This document shows, piece by piece, positions 46,890-55,630 of a stretch of DNA of 64,000 bases (its first letter is position 1; the number at the start of each line of letters is the position of its first letter). The DNA lies in the IMG/VR virus record IMGVR_UViG_3300025012_000003. One strand, given 5' to 3'. A model generated the notes under the pieces. The model worked only from the letters and a program-made list of their open reading frames with translations, made no database searches and was not told the origin of the DNA. The stretch comes from a virus. A program made the translations under genes and the position numbers.

Positions 46890-47120
46890 TTAATAATTAT
46901 AACTTTTGTCTTTGTTTTTTAAAACCCTTTTTAGTTCCTGCTCTAATTCCATATTATCTATCACTTCAAGAGCTTTAGATAAAGTAATTAAAGTGGGGTC
47001 AAATTTTCTAGCAAAGTTTATAATGTCCTGTACTTTATAGTTATCTCCATAAACATTACAAGTCTCTTTTTCATTGATAACGCTACAAAATTCTATTATT
47101 TTTTGAAATCTACTAATCAT
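46890..47120 (-). CDS. Small putative head-internal protein
   Basis: Leader RFQKIIEFCSVINE; late motif upstream. Confidence 0.55.
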   Translation of the reverse strand: MISRFQKIIEFCSVINEKETCNVYGDNYKVQDIINFARKFDPTLITLSKALEVIDNMELEQELKRVLKNKDKSYNY

Positions 47121-47167
47121 AGTGAGTTCCTTATAATATATCTAATTATAATATAAACTAATGTCTT

Positions 47168-47947
47168 TCATAGTTTATACTCCTTTATATATTTTATTTT
47201 TTTACTAGATATCCTACTCTCTGAGTGTTTAAATTCATTGAGGCACTCAATACACTTGATAATTTTTGAAGTTACTATTATCTCAAAACAAGTTATCTTA
47301 CACTTATTTTCTAAAACATCTATTTTTTTATCTATTGTTTCCTTTATATTTTTAGTTATTGTTCTAAAAGTTAAGTTACTTTTACATTTAGGACACTTAT
47401 GAACATAAGTATCTTTTAGCCTTTGTGTTAGCTTATTGGAAACTTCTTCTAGGGTTATTTTACCTATCAATTGGTTTATTAAAGTTTCTTTTAGTAAGTT
47501 ATTTATTTTTAAATTTTTACTTTTGCACAAATCTAATAAATCTTCTTGTTTTAAATTTCTTAACTTGCTATGCAGTTTATTTATTTTATCATTTATAAGA
47601 GCTTCTCTGCTTATCTCAAAAGATAAATCGTCCTTAACTGACACAATCCCTACTTTATTTAATTTATACCTCTTAAGAACGCTACAAACTTCTTCAAAAT
47701 GTTTGTGATGTACAATTAAATAAATATAATCAAAAAATTTAAGGTATGTTTTTAGCTGAGGAATAAATCTTTTTAAATTATCTGCTTCTGATTTTATTTC
47801 ATATCCTATAAAATATCCATCCCTGAACAGAGCAAAATCTACTCTATTTTTCCCATTTATGTCATATTCATTAATAAATATTCCTTGATTGAAAAATTCT
47901 TTATTTTCTAGGAGGTATTTTAATCTTATATCTTTATCTTTAATCAT
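47168..47947 (-). CDS. sce7726-family PD-(D/E)xK-like protein with a C-terminal Zn ribbon
   Basis: E....G..RVD......GYEIKSEAD.L.R...Q...Y...FD.IY motif. Confidence 0.75.
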   Translation of the reverse strand: MIKDKDIRLKYLLENKEFFNQGIFINEYDINGKNRVDFALFRDGYFIGYEIKSEADNLKRFIPQLKTYLKFFDYIYLIVHHKHFEEVCSVLKRYKLNKVGIVSVKDDLSFEISREALINDKINKLHSKLRNLKQEDLLDLCKSKNLKINNLLKETLINQLIGKITLEEVSNKLTQRLKDTYVHKCPKCKSNLTFRTITKNIKETIDKKIDVLENKCKITCFEIIVTSKIIKCIECLNEFKHSESRISSKKIKYIKEYKL

Positions 47948-47989
47948 ATTCTTATACTTAGTTGGTTAAATCTAAATATAATATAAATC

Positions 47990-48367
47990 TTACTTAGATA
48001 CAAAATACTCGTAAACTATATAATCTTTTTCATATCTTTTCCAATTTGTTGGATTAAAAAATCCTTTAAAAAAAGAACCTGAATCTTGTGTAAACTTATA
48101 GTTATTTAATAATTTTTTCAATATTCCTCCTAATTTAGAACTGTTTCTCTTATCTTGGAAGAATTTTCTAAAATTGTTATCGAGTAAATCGCTTTCTTTT
48201 TTAATATACAACTTAAAAGAGATTTTATTCTTATCGTAGTATTTAATTTCTACTACTCTTCTGGGATTATAATAATTAGTTAAGTTCTTATTCCAGTAAG
48301 TTATTTGATAATCCAAATCGTTCATAATCAACTCCTTAATAGTGTATATAATACCACTAATAATCAA
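47990..48367 (-). CDS. Hypothetical protein
   Basis: ORF only. Confidence 0.5.
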   Translation of the reverse strand: MIISGIIYTIKELIMNDLDYQITYWNKNLTNYYNPRRVVEIKYYDKNKISFKLYIKKESDLLDNNFRKFFQDKRNSSKLGGILKKLLNNYKFTQDSGSFFKGFFNPTNWKRYEKDYIVYEYFVSK

Positions 48368-48382
48368 TTATATCAATACATC

Positions 48383-48411
48383 TTGACAAAACATTAACAA
48401 TATGTTACAAT
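48383..48411 (+). promoter_or_regulatory. sigma70-type promoter
   Basis: TTGACA-N17-TACAAT with TG. Confidence 0.82.
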
Positions 48412-48443
48412 GTATATATAAGAAATAAGGAAACTTTAAATTT

Positions 48444-49100
48444 ATGATTTATTTTTTAGATAGTAATCCAGAATTAGCAGGAATATACCTATCAGACAAG
48501 CATTTATCCTGTCAGTTGGGTAGTGCATGTACTGTTATTTGCACAGTATTAGAAAATTATACTGATTCTTCCATGCCCCAAAAAGTAATAAATAAAAGTA
48601 ATGCCGTAGTTAGCTGGGCTAGTATTTCTAAATCTAATTTTGAGTGGTTAGTAGAGTACGCTAAGTCAGTACAACGTCATTTCTATACTATTTATGGTAA
48701 ATATCATAATACTACCATAGACCTATCCTCCATAACAGTTCCAGAATTGCCTAAAGGAGGACTTATGGAATTTCCTCAGTTACTTCCAGATAGATATAAA
48801 ATGGAAGGGGATTCTGTAGAAGCATATAGAAATTATTACGTTATGGAAAAAGCTAAAATATCTAACTATAGACAAAAAGCTCCCGACTGGTTTATGGCTA
48901 AACTAGACGAGACCCAAAGAACACTATATATGGATTATTTTGAACATATAGGAACTAACTTAAGAATATACAGGGATAGTGATACTGGAATAGTTATACA
49001 AAAAAAATTAGAGGGTAGTTGGGTATCGTTGGGTAGCTTAACCCTAGAAGAACAGATATTGATTGAGAGGATACTAGATAATGGGTTTAGGGAAGGATAG
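48444..49100 (+). CDS. Pyrimidine-dimer DNA glycosylase family protein (DenV-like)
   Basis: I.FLD.NP..A...L.DKH N-terminus; FPQ..P..YK..D.V.AYR.YY. Confidence 0.75.
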   Translation: MIYFLDSNPELAGIYLSDKHLSCQLGSACTVICTVLENYTDSSMPQKVINKSNAVVSWASISKSNFEWLVEYAKSVQRHFYTIYGKYHNTTIDLSSITVPELPKGGLMEFPQLLPDRYKMEGDSVEAYRNYYVMEKAKISNYRQKAPDWFMAKLDETQRTLYMDYFEHIGTNLRIYRDSDTGIVIQKKLEGSWVSLGSLTLEEQILIERILDNGFREG

Positions 49101-49266
49101 CCTAGAGGAACTGGTTTTTGAACTTTACCAGTCGGGGGAAGATAGGGAAGAGTTATTGAAGTCTTTGATTTGTACTTTTATTAACTTATCAAATATAGAT
49201 AAGAGTTCAGAAGTACAATTAACTGCAAAAAGTTTATTAGAGACAGCAAAAAATTTAATACTATAA
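49081..49266 (+). CDS. Small hypothetical protein
   Basis: Overlaps the upstream stop; GAGAGG RBS. Confidence 0.4.
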   Translation: MGLGKDSLEELVFELYQSGEDREELLKSLICTFINLSNIDKSSEVQLTAKSLLETAKNLIL

Positions 49267-49323
49267 GAAAATTGTATTTTATATTATAATTGAATACTAT
49301 ATACAATTTACTATGAAGTTTTT

Positions 49324-49357
49324 CTGAGCAGGTTTCCTCCTTTACTGCTCAGTTTTT
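49324..49357 (+). terminator. Terminator hairpin with an anti-SD loop
   Basis: CTGAGCAG-GTTTCCTCCTTTA-CTGCTCAG-TTTTT. Confidence 0.75.
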
Positions 49358-49382
49358 ATTTGTTTTATTATATAATACTGAA

Positions 49383-49406
49383 ATAGTGCCTTTATAAAGG
49401 CACTAT
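49383..49406 (-). terminator. 24-bp palindrome, probable terminator
   Basis: ATAGTGCCTTTATAAAGGCACTAT. Confidence 0.65.
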
Positions 49407-49447
49407 AACGACTACGTATTTCGATTTATATAGATGATATACGAGTA

Positions 49448-49903
49448 TTAGTCTGTTAATTTTAATAGTATCTGATTACAAGTATTTCTTATCTCTGATA
49501 TAGAAATCTCTAGTTTTTCATTAGTCTTTGCTTGACTGTCCAAGAACATCTTAAACTCTTGTCTTAGTAAATATCTTTGGTCATTGTGTTCTAGGTTAGT
49601 ATTTTTACATTTTATAGTATGGTTTTCTATTAAATTTTCTGTTTCTTCTAATATCTCTTCTTTTAATTCTTTTTTTAATTCTTCTTTACAATCTTTAATC
49701 TTTTTATCTATCTCGGTACTTACCCCTTTTTGTAAATTTTCTTCATAATATTTTTTAATTATGTCTTCTATTACTTTTTTAAATATCCACTTACCTGCAT
49801 ATCTTATAATTAATACTATAATACCGATGCTACTAGCGTAGTAGGCAGGTATGCTTAAAAAGGACAAGCAATCTTTTAATGTTGTAGCACCCAAATCTAT
49901 CAT
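49448..49903 (-). CDS. Holin-like membrane protein candidate
   Basis: Single N-terminal TM helix plus coiled coil; late-promoter motif at 49938. Confidence 0.4.
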   Translation of the reverse strand: MIDLGATTLKDCLSFLSIPAYYASSIGIIVLIIRYAGKWIFKKVIEDIIKKYYEENLQKGVSTEIDKKIKDCKEELKKELKEEILEETENLIENHTIKCKNTNLEHNDQRYLLRQEFKMFLDSQAKTNEKLEISISEIRNTCNQILLKLTD

Positions 49904-49963
49904 ATCTAATCTTCCTCACAAAATACCATTTCCTAAATATAATATAAATCAGTTATAATAAAA

Positions 49964-49990
49964 ATAAGAGGGCTTTTTACACCCTCTTAT
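49964..49990 (-). terminator. Rho-independent terminator
   Basis: ATAAGAGGG/CCCTCTTAT stem. Confidence 0.8.
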
Positions 49991-50013
49991 CTATTTATTT
50001 TTTAGATTTACTA

Positions 50014-52344
50014 TTATGCTAAAGGAGCTTCTACGTATTCTACTATAACTGTAGCAGAACCTATAACTGGAGAACCAGCTACTACAACTCTGGCAACACC
50101 TACGTTAGCTGCTGCAACTGTTGAGAATGGTCTTGATTCATATACGTTAGCTGTTTCTGCATCGTTGTCTCCTGTTGCTTGGATTTCTAAATCAGTAGCA
50201 CCGTCTACTATAACTTGGAGAGTAGTACCTGCTGAATAAACAGAATTTATTATAGTTGTTACTGACTTTATAATAGCATTTTCAGGAATTGATGTAGTAG
50301 AACTTACGCTAGAAGTACTTACTGTTATTGCTATGTGTTTTGCTAAACCGTTAGCTGTAGCGATACCTGAAAGTAAATTAGCTCTTGTGATTTTTTTGTT
50401 AGCTCCAGCAGAAACATCATTGATTAATAACTCATCACTATCATCAGGAGATGTAAGAGCTGTTAAGTTAGCTACGTCTACATAACTACCAGATACTTTA
50501 CTGTCTTTAAGTAAAACACCGTCAATGGTAACACCAGCAGCGGATGTTAATTCAGAGATAGTATCTACTTTTAAGGCACCAGAGAATGATTTGTCTCCTG
50601 TTACAGTTTCAGTACCAGCTAAGTGAACAACTGCTGAATCTGTAGCTAATGTTGAAACGTCCATACCATCAACTAAACCGTCTTTGATAAGAACTCCATC
50701 AATTGTAACACCTGCGTTAAGAGTAGATTCAAGAATCTCGTCAGCTTTGATACCTCCAGAGAAGTCTTTTTGACCTGTTACTGTTTCAGCACCAGATAAG
50801 TGAACAACTGAGGAGTCAACTGCTAATGTTGAAACATCCATTCCATCTACTAAACCATCTTTTATAAGAACTGTTTCGATGGTAACACCAGCGTTAAGAG
50901 TAGATTCTAAAATATTATCTGATTTAAGGTCATCTTGGAAATCTTTTTGACCTGTTATTGCTTCAGCACCAGCTAAATGAACAACTGTTGAATCAACTGC
51001 TAAACCAGCGACTAAGTTAGATTTTTGCATTTTTCTATAAGCTGTAGCAGAAGCATCATAAATAGGCAAGAAATCGCCATCTGCTATACTTGTTTCTTCT
51101 GTTAATGTGTTGAAGTCATCATCAGCAGGTCTTCCAGTTAAATCACTGTAAGCTCTTGTAGCTAAATCGCCCAAAGATGAACTTGTTTTATCAATTTTTG
51201 ACCATTCAATAGCTGCTGTAGCGGATACTTCGTTATTTGTGATACCCCCAGCTTTAACTCTTAATGTGTCTGAGTTAATTTCGATAGTTGAAGCATCTAC
51301 TTTAACTTCTAAAGAACCATCTACGTTTTGACCTAAACCAGCACCCGCCACGTCAGCGTTTATTTTATCTTTATCTACTGAATCATTGGCTAATTTAGCG
51401 GTAGAAATACCACCGTCTTTGATTCTAAGAGTATCGGTACTTATTTCAATAGTGGTAGCATCTACGTTTACGTCAAGAGTATTCCCTGTTTTAGTTAATC
51501 CATTACCTGCTAATATCTGACCTGCTCCAGAGAACTGAGAAAATTCTAAAGCTGTGGTATCTATAGTAATTGGATTATTTGTAGATAATACAAAACCTGC
51601 ATCTGCTAAGGTATTCCCTACTTCTACAAAGAAGAAAGAACCAGCTACTACTTCAGAAGCAGGACTTCCATCGAAGTCTGTTGCTCTTGTTAATATGAAC
51701 GGATTAGAGACATCACCTACAGCGGTTACAACATAAATACCGTTGTCTGCTCCAGCTACTTGGTTTTTGATTAAAATCCTATCTCCTATAACAACTGCAA
51801 CACCATCAATAGATAAAGCACCGTTAGCATCAGCAGTTAATGTTTTACCTACTTGAGAACCTGATGGAGTACATGCAGGTAGTACATCTGCGGTAGCTAA
51901 TCTGACAGGAGAGTGAACTGTTAAACCTTGAGCAACAGAGTCAACGTAAGCTTTTGTGGCTGCATCTTGAGCTACCGTAGGGTCTGCTACGCTTGTTAGT
52001 TTAAAACCACCCATTGATTGAGCTGCTGTAAAAGCTACAGTACCGTCTTTTTTGATTACGGTAGAGTCAACTGCTAAAGTTGAAACATCCATTCCATCAA
52101 CTAAACCGTCTTTAATAAGAACTGTTTCGATGGTAACACCAGCATCTACTGTTTTTTCTGTAATAGTATCTGTTAAAACTGAAGTATTAGCTGTTAAGCT
52201 ATCTACCGTAAGATTTTTTAAGGCAGAACCATCAAAACTTCTAACTTCAAAACCGTTGGTTACTTTTCTAAGCATAATGCCTTTAGGACCACCGATTAAG
52301 AAATCAGTTTTCATAGTACCTAATAACACTGAAAATAAAGACAT
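50014..52344 (-). CDS. Repeat-rich virion fibre / decoration protein
   Basis: Four AGVTI(E/D)..L(I/L)KD repeats, VHL.G.E..TG.K.F repeats, GDRILIKNQ...NGIY...LTRA.D module; strong codon bias. Confidence 0.75.
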   Translation of the reverse strand: MSLFSVLLGTMKTDFLIGGPKGIMLRKVTNGFEVRSFDGSALKNLTVDSLTANTSVLTDTITEKTVDAGVTIETVLIKDGLVDGMDVSTLAVDSTVIKKDGTVAFTAAQSMGGFKLTSVADPTVAQDAATKAYVDSVAQGLTVHSPVRLATADVLPACTPSGSQVGKTLTADANGALSIDGVAVVIGDRILIKNQVAGADNGIYVVTAVGDVSNPFILTRATDFDGSPASEVVAGSFFFVEVGNTLADAGFVLSTNNPITIDTTALEFSQFSGAGQILAGNGLTKTGNTLDVNVDATTIEISTDTLRIKDGGISTAKLANDSVDKDKINADVAGAGLGQNVDGSLEVKVDASTIEINSDTLRVKAGGITNNEVSATAAIEWSKIDKTSSSLGDLATRAYSDLTGRPADDDFNTLTEETSIADGDFLPIYDASATAYRKMQKSNLVAGLAVDSTVVHLAGAEAITGQKDFQDDLKSDNILESTLNAGVTIETVLIKDGLVDGMDVSTLAVDSSVVHLSGAETVTGQKDFSGGIKADEILESTLNAGVTIDGVLIKDGLVDGMDVSTLATDSAVVHLAGTETVTGDKSFSGALKVDTISELTSAAGVTIDGVLLKDSKVSGSYVDVANLTALTSPDDSDELLINDVSAGANKKITRANLLSGIATANGLAKHIAITVSTSSVSSTTSIPENAIIKSVTTIINSVYSAGTTLQVIVDGATDLEIQATGDNDAETANVYESRPFSTVAAANVGVARVVVAGSPVIGSATVIVEYVEAPLA

Positions 52345-52438
52345 TCTAATTCTCCTACTCTTTTTCTACTACGTATGTATAATTATATTAATTTTTGGCA
52401 ACAAGCCTTCATATATAATATAAATTAAAAATTTTATA

Positions 52439-53044
52439 CTAACTTGAAAATATAATAATTTTTCCAGAACCAGTTATAGGACTGCCAGTAAAATATATTC
52501 TAACTGTAGTATCTGCTGGATAGACATATTCACTTCCAACAATGTAGCTACTTGCATAACTTGTATCATTATCAGTAGATGTCATTAGCCTAGAATTATT
52601 ACCCACATCTCCCACTGTTATTGTTCCTGTATCAAAAGGATTATCTATTATGAGTTTTATCTCTTCTATGTTTAAATTAGCTTTTAATATTCCTATATCC
52701 AAAGAACCAGATACAAAATCAGAATATGTAAAATCTAACTCTATGGAAGGATTTCCTCCCGATAAAGCAACTTCAGCTTCATCTACTATATTATTTAAAT
52801 TAGCATCGTAAACATCTTTAACCATGATACCATCATGACCGAGTTGTTTTCCATCTAATATATCATCTTGGTTTACAATGTATCCATCTAATAAAATTAA
52901 ATCTGGAAAAGGAGCTATTGCTTCTTTAACTTGAGCTTCTGTGAATTGCAAAGGTACGTTCACAGTTGTATCTTCTGCTATCTTAAGGTTCCCTAACAGA
53001 TATACATAAGCCGTATTTCTTAACGATTTATTTTTAATTCTCAT
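52439..53044 (-). CDS. Virion structural protein candidate
   Basis: C-terminal domain resembles that of the 776-aa fibre; late motif upstream. Confidence 0.55.
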   Translation of the reverse strand: MRIKNKSLRNTAYVYLLGNLKIAEDTTVNVPLQFTEAQVKEAIAPFPDLILLDGYIVNQDDILDGKQLGHDGIMVKDVYDANLNNIVDEAEVALSGGNPSIELDFTYSDFVSGSLDIGILKANLNIEEIKLIIDNPFDTGTITVGDVGNNSRLMTSTDNDTSYASSYIVGSEYVYPADTTVRIYFTGSPITGSGKIIIFSS

Positions 53045-53109
53045 TATTTATTCCTCTCTACTATTTATAATATAAATCAAATAGAGTTAGTTCTCAAATA
53101 TAATATAAA

Positions 53110-53130
53110 CCCAATCCTTTTGGGATTGGG
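53110..53130 (-). terminator. Rho-independent terminator
   Basis: CCCAATCC/GGATTGGG stem. Confidence 0.75.
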
Positions 53131-53163
53131 TAGAAATAAATACGTATTTATGGCTGATAATTT

Positions 53164-53526
53164 TTAGTCTTTATATAATTTCATGGTGGTAAGCTGGGGT
53201 AATTTAGTACCTTGAGTCTGTTCAAGAAGACCCTCTTTCAAAGTATATATCTTTTCTACGGATTCAAAATTATTTATATAGTATGGCTCTGGAAATAAAG
53301 CTCCCATAATTATTAAAAGTTCCTTATACATATCTTTATATATGTTTTTTGATTCTTCGGAAGTATCTAAAATCATAGCGTATATAGAAAATATAGGAAG
53401 AATTCCTACTTCTCCTGTCAAATCTTCGGAATCTAGTACTCTTTCAAAATTTAGATAAGCATTTACGGCTACTTTTTTATCTTCGGTAGATATAAGTATA
53501 GTATTTTTAACTACGTTTACTATCAT
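53164..53526 (-). CDS. Hypothetical protein
   Basis: ORF with GGAG RBS. Confidence 0.55.
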   Translation of the reverse strand: MIVNVVKNTILISTEDKKVAVNAYLNFERVLDSEDLTGEVGILPIFSIYAMILDTSEESKNIYKDMYKELLIIMGALFPEPYYINNFESVEKIYTLKEGLLEQTQGTKLPQLTTMKLYKD

Positions 53527-53968
53527 TTTTAATTCTCCACGATAAACTATTGTCTATATCAGGTAATATTTTTTTATTATTTAACTTTATGGAGGCTACA
53601 TAAGATTCACATATAGTACCATCTGTTAATTCTATCTCTGTTCTATCACAGATATGATGTATCTTATCTAAGTATAATAATACCTCTGAATTAACTTCAT
53701 AAAGTTCTCCTTTTATAGGATAATCTGACGGTTCTAAATCAGACATTATTGGATAATCTCCTAAATCGTACATAGTATAATTGGATGTTGTAGTTCTTTC
53801 ACCAAAGAAAAAACAATCGGGATTGTTAAATATATCTGACTGATTAAACTCTGATTTAAGAAAATTATATATAAATATCTTAAACTTCTTATCTTTATTA
53901 TTTTCTATGAATAATAAATCTTGGATATTAAGATTGTTCATTTTATAAGAAAAACCTCGAATACTCAT
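53507..53968 (-). CDS. Gamma-glutamylcyclotransferase-like (AIG2) protein, degenerate
   Basis: Y.MYDLG.YP...IKGELYEV....L..LD; canonical YGTL and the catalytic Glu are absent. Confidence 0.65.
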   Translation of the reverse strand: MSIRGFSYKMNNLNIQDLLFIENNKDKKFKIFIYNFLKSEFNQSDIFNNPDCFFFGERTTTSNYTMYDLGDYPIMSDLEPSDYPIKGELYEVNSEVLLYLDKIHHICDRTEIELTDGTICESYVASIKLNNKKILPDIDNSLSWRIKNDSKRS

Positions 53969-54248
53969 TTAAGTGCATAATGGTCTCAGATAAATCATCA
54001 TCGGATAAACCGTCATAATGTTCTCTATCTTTATCTGTATAGGAGAAGAAATCTTCATCTACATTATCTAAAGCATATTGAACATCTTCTAAGCTTATAA
54101 TACGTTCTGAAACTTCATCTTCCTTTTTATTGTATAATAAAGTTTCACCTGTGTAGGAATTACGCACTATCCCATGTTCGTATAAACTTATTTCGGGAGA
54201 AGTATTTTCTACACAATCATCATAGTTGTAAAGTTGTTCGTTAATCAT
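53943..54248 (-). CDS. Acidic hypothetical protein
   Basis: Coupled ORF. Confidence 0.55.
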   Translation of the reverse strand: MINEQLYNYDDCVENTSPEISLYEHGIVRNSYTGETLLYNKKEDEVSERIISLEDVQYALDNVDEDFFSYTDKDREHYDGLSDDDLSETIMHLNEYSRFFL

Positions 54249-54516
54249 TTTTAGGCTCTTCCTTCTTTTTGCTCTTTTTACTTTCTTTTTTTATTCTAAT
54301 TTCTTCCGAAACGATGCCTTTTTTTATTTCTTGTAATTTTCTAATAACTAAGGCTACGGCATCTGAATCAAAAAATATAATATCTATCGCTTCTTCAGTT
54401 ATTCTATCCTCTATCCTTAGAGCATTATTAACTTTAGTTTTACAAATGCCTAAAGATACTTGCAACTCATTGATACCAAATAAAACTTGACTATTTTTTT
54501 CTACTCTTTTAATCAT
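54241..54516 (-). CDS. Hypothetical protein
   Basis: Coupled ORF. Confidence 0.55.
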   Translation of the reverse strand: MIKRVEKNSQVLFGINELQVSLGICKTKVNNALRIEDRITEEAIDIIFFDSDAVALVIRKLQEIKKGIVSEEIRIKKESKKSKKKEEPKND

Positions 54517-54519
54517 TCT

Positions 54520-55572
54520 TTAAACTCCTATTTCTACATTGCTTATTCTTGTTTGTTTATTATCTTTGTACATACTGTGTTCTTTTATTTTACCCTTTAT
54601 AGGATAAAAACTACCAGATGTTAAATCTAAAAAAGTATTAGACATATATGTTAAGTCGTTACCGTCATGTTGAAATTTATAAATATTGCATAATCCAAAC
54701 CTAGTTTCAGTTTGTATTCTAGTTAAAAATTTTACAGTACCCTGAAATTCTTTACCAACCTCTCCTACAAATTTTTGATTATTTCTATCTAAAAAGTCTC
54801 TAACATTCTTATATAGAAAAGATACTGTATTTATATCTTGGTAAGATACGAATTTTTTATCGGATAACAATTTTATACTAGCTAAAAATTCGGATACTTT
54901 TTCAGACATTATATTTGTGTTGTATATATTAATATACTTTTTAGCTTCTTCTATATATTCTTCATTAGGAATATCGTTTTTCATTAATTTATTCCATGCT
55001 ACTATAGGTGTATTATTTGAAGTATCTTCTTTATTATAAGTCCATCCCCCAAAGGCATCTTCTTCTTCACATACCTGTATTATACTAGCTAAAAATATCT
55101 CTATAGGAAAATAGTTAGCAATACTATTTGTTCTATCTTGTAAATTATTTATCATCTTATCATCTAATATATTTACTTTAACTGTTTTTAAACAATCTTT
55201 ACAGTAAAGAGCAGAAGTACATTTTTTCCTAGATACTTCATTTACTAAAGTATAGGATTTTTTAACTTCTTTTAGTCCACAACACATTTTTATTTCATTT
55301 ACATCTAGTATATCATGTATTTTACCACCTGTTAAATCATAGTCTATTTTAAAATTTTTTAAATTTTCAAATTTAGATAACTTTGCCAAGATAACTAAAT
55401 CTTTCTCTTTATTAGGAATTAATATGGGTTTGTTTTGTAGCATAACATCATAAATTTTTCTATATCTTTCACTGTTGAAATCTTTTTCATAATAGCTGTT
55501 TAATATATTATAGGATATATTAGATTCTTGTAATTCTATTAATTTATTTTTTGTTACAGCTATTTGAATCAT
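54520..55572 (-). CDS. Hypothetical protein with Cys cluster and a C-terminal OB-fold-like domain
   Basis: FVGEVG...RFG...YKF..DGN...IKG.IKEH..Y....QTRI pattern. Confidence 0.55.
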   Translation of the reverse strand: MIQIAVTKNKLIELQESNISYNILNSYYEKDFNSERYRKIYDVMLQNKPILIPNKEKDLVILAKLSKFENLKNFKIDYDLTGGKIHDILDVNEIKMCCGLKEVKKSYTLVNEVSRKKCTSALYCKDCLKTVKVNILDDKMINNLQDRTNSIANYFPIEIFLASIIQVCEEEDAFGGWTYNKEDTSNNTPIVAWNKLMKNDIPNEEYIEEAKKYINIYNTNIMSEKVSEFLASIKLLSDKKFVSYQDINTVSFLYKNVRDFLDRNNQKFVGEVGKEFQGTVKFLTRIQTETRFGLCNIYKFQHDGNDLTYMSNTFLDLTSGSFYPIKGKIKEHSMYKDNKQTRISNVEIGV

Positions 55573-55595
55573 TTCTATACTCCAAATTTAAAATA

Positions 55596-55619
55596 GGGAA
55601 GGTAGGTTAATACCTTCCC
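55596..55619 (-). terminator. Rho-independent terminator
   Basis: GGGAAGGTA/TACCTTCCC stem. Confidence 0.8.
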
Positions 55620-55630
55620 ATATTTATATT

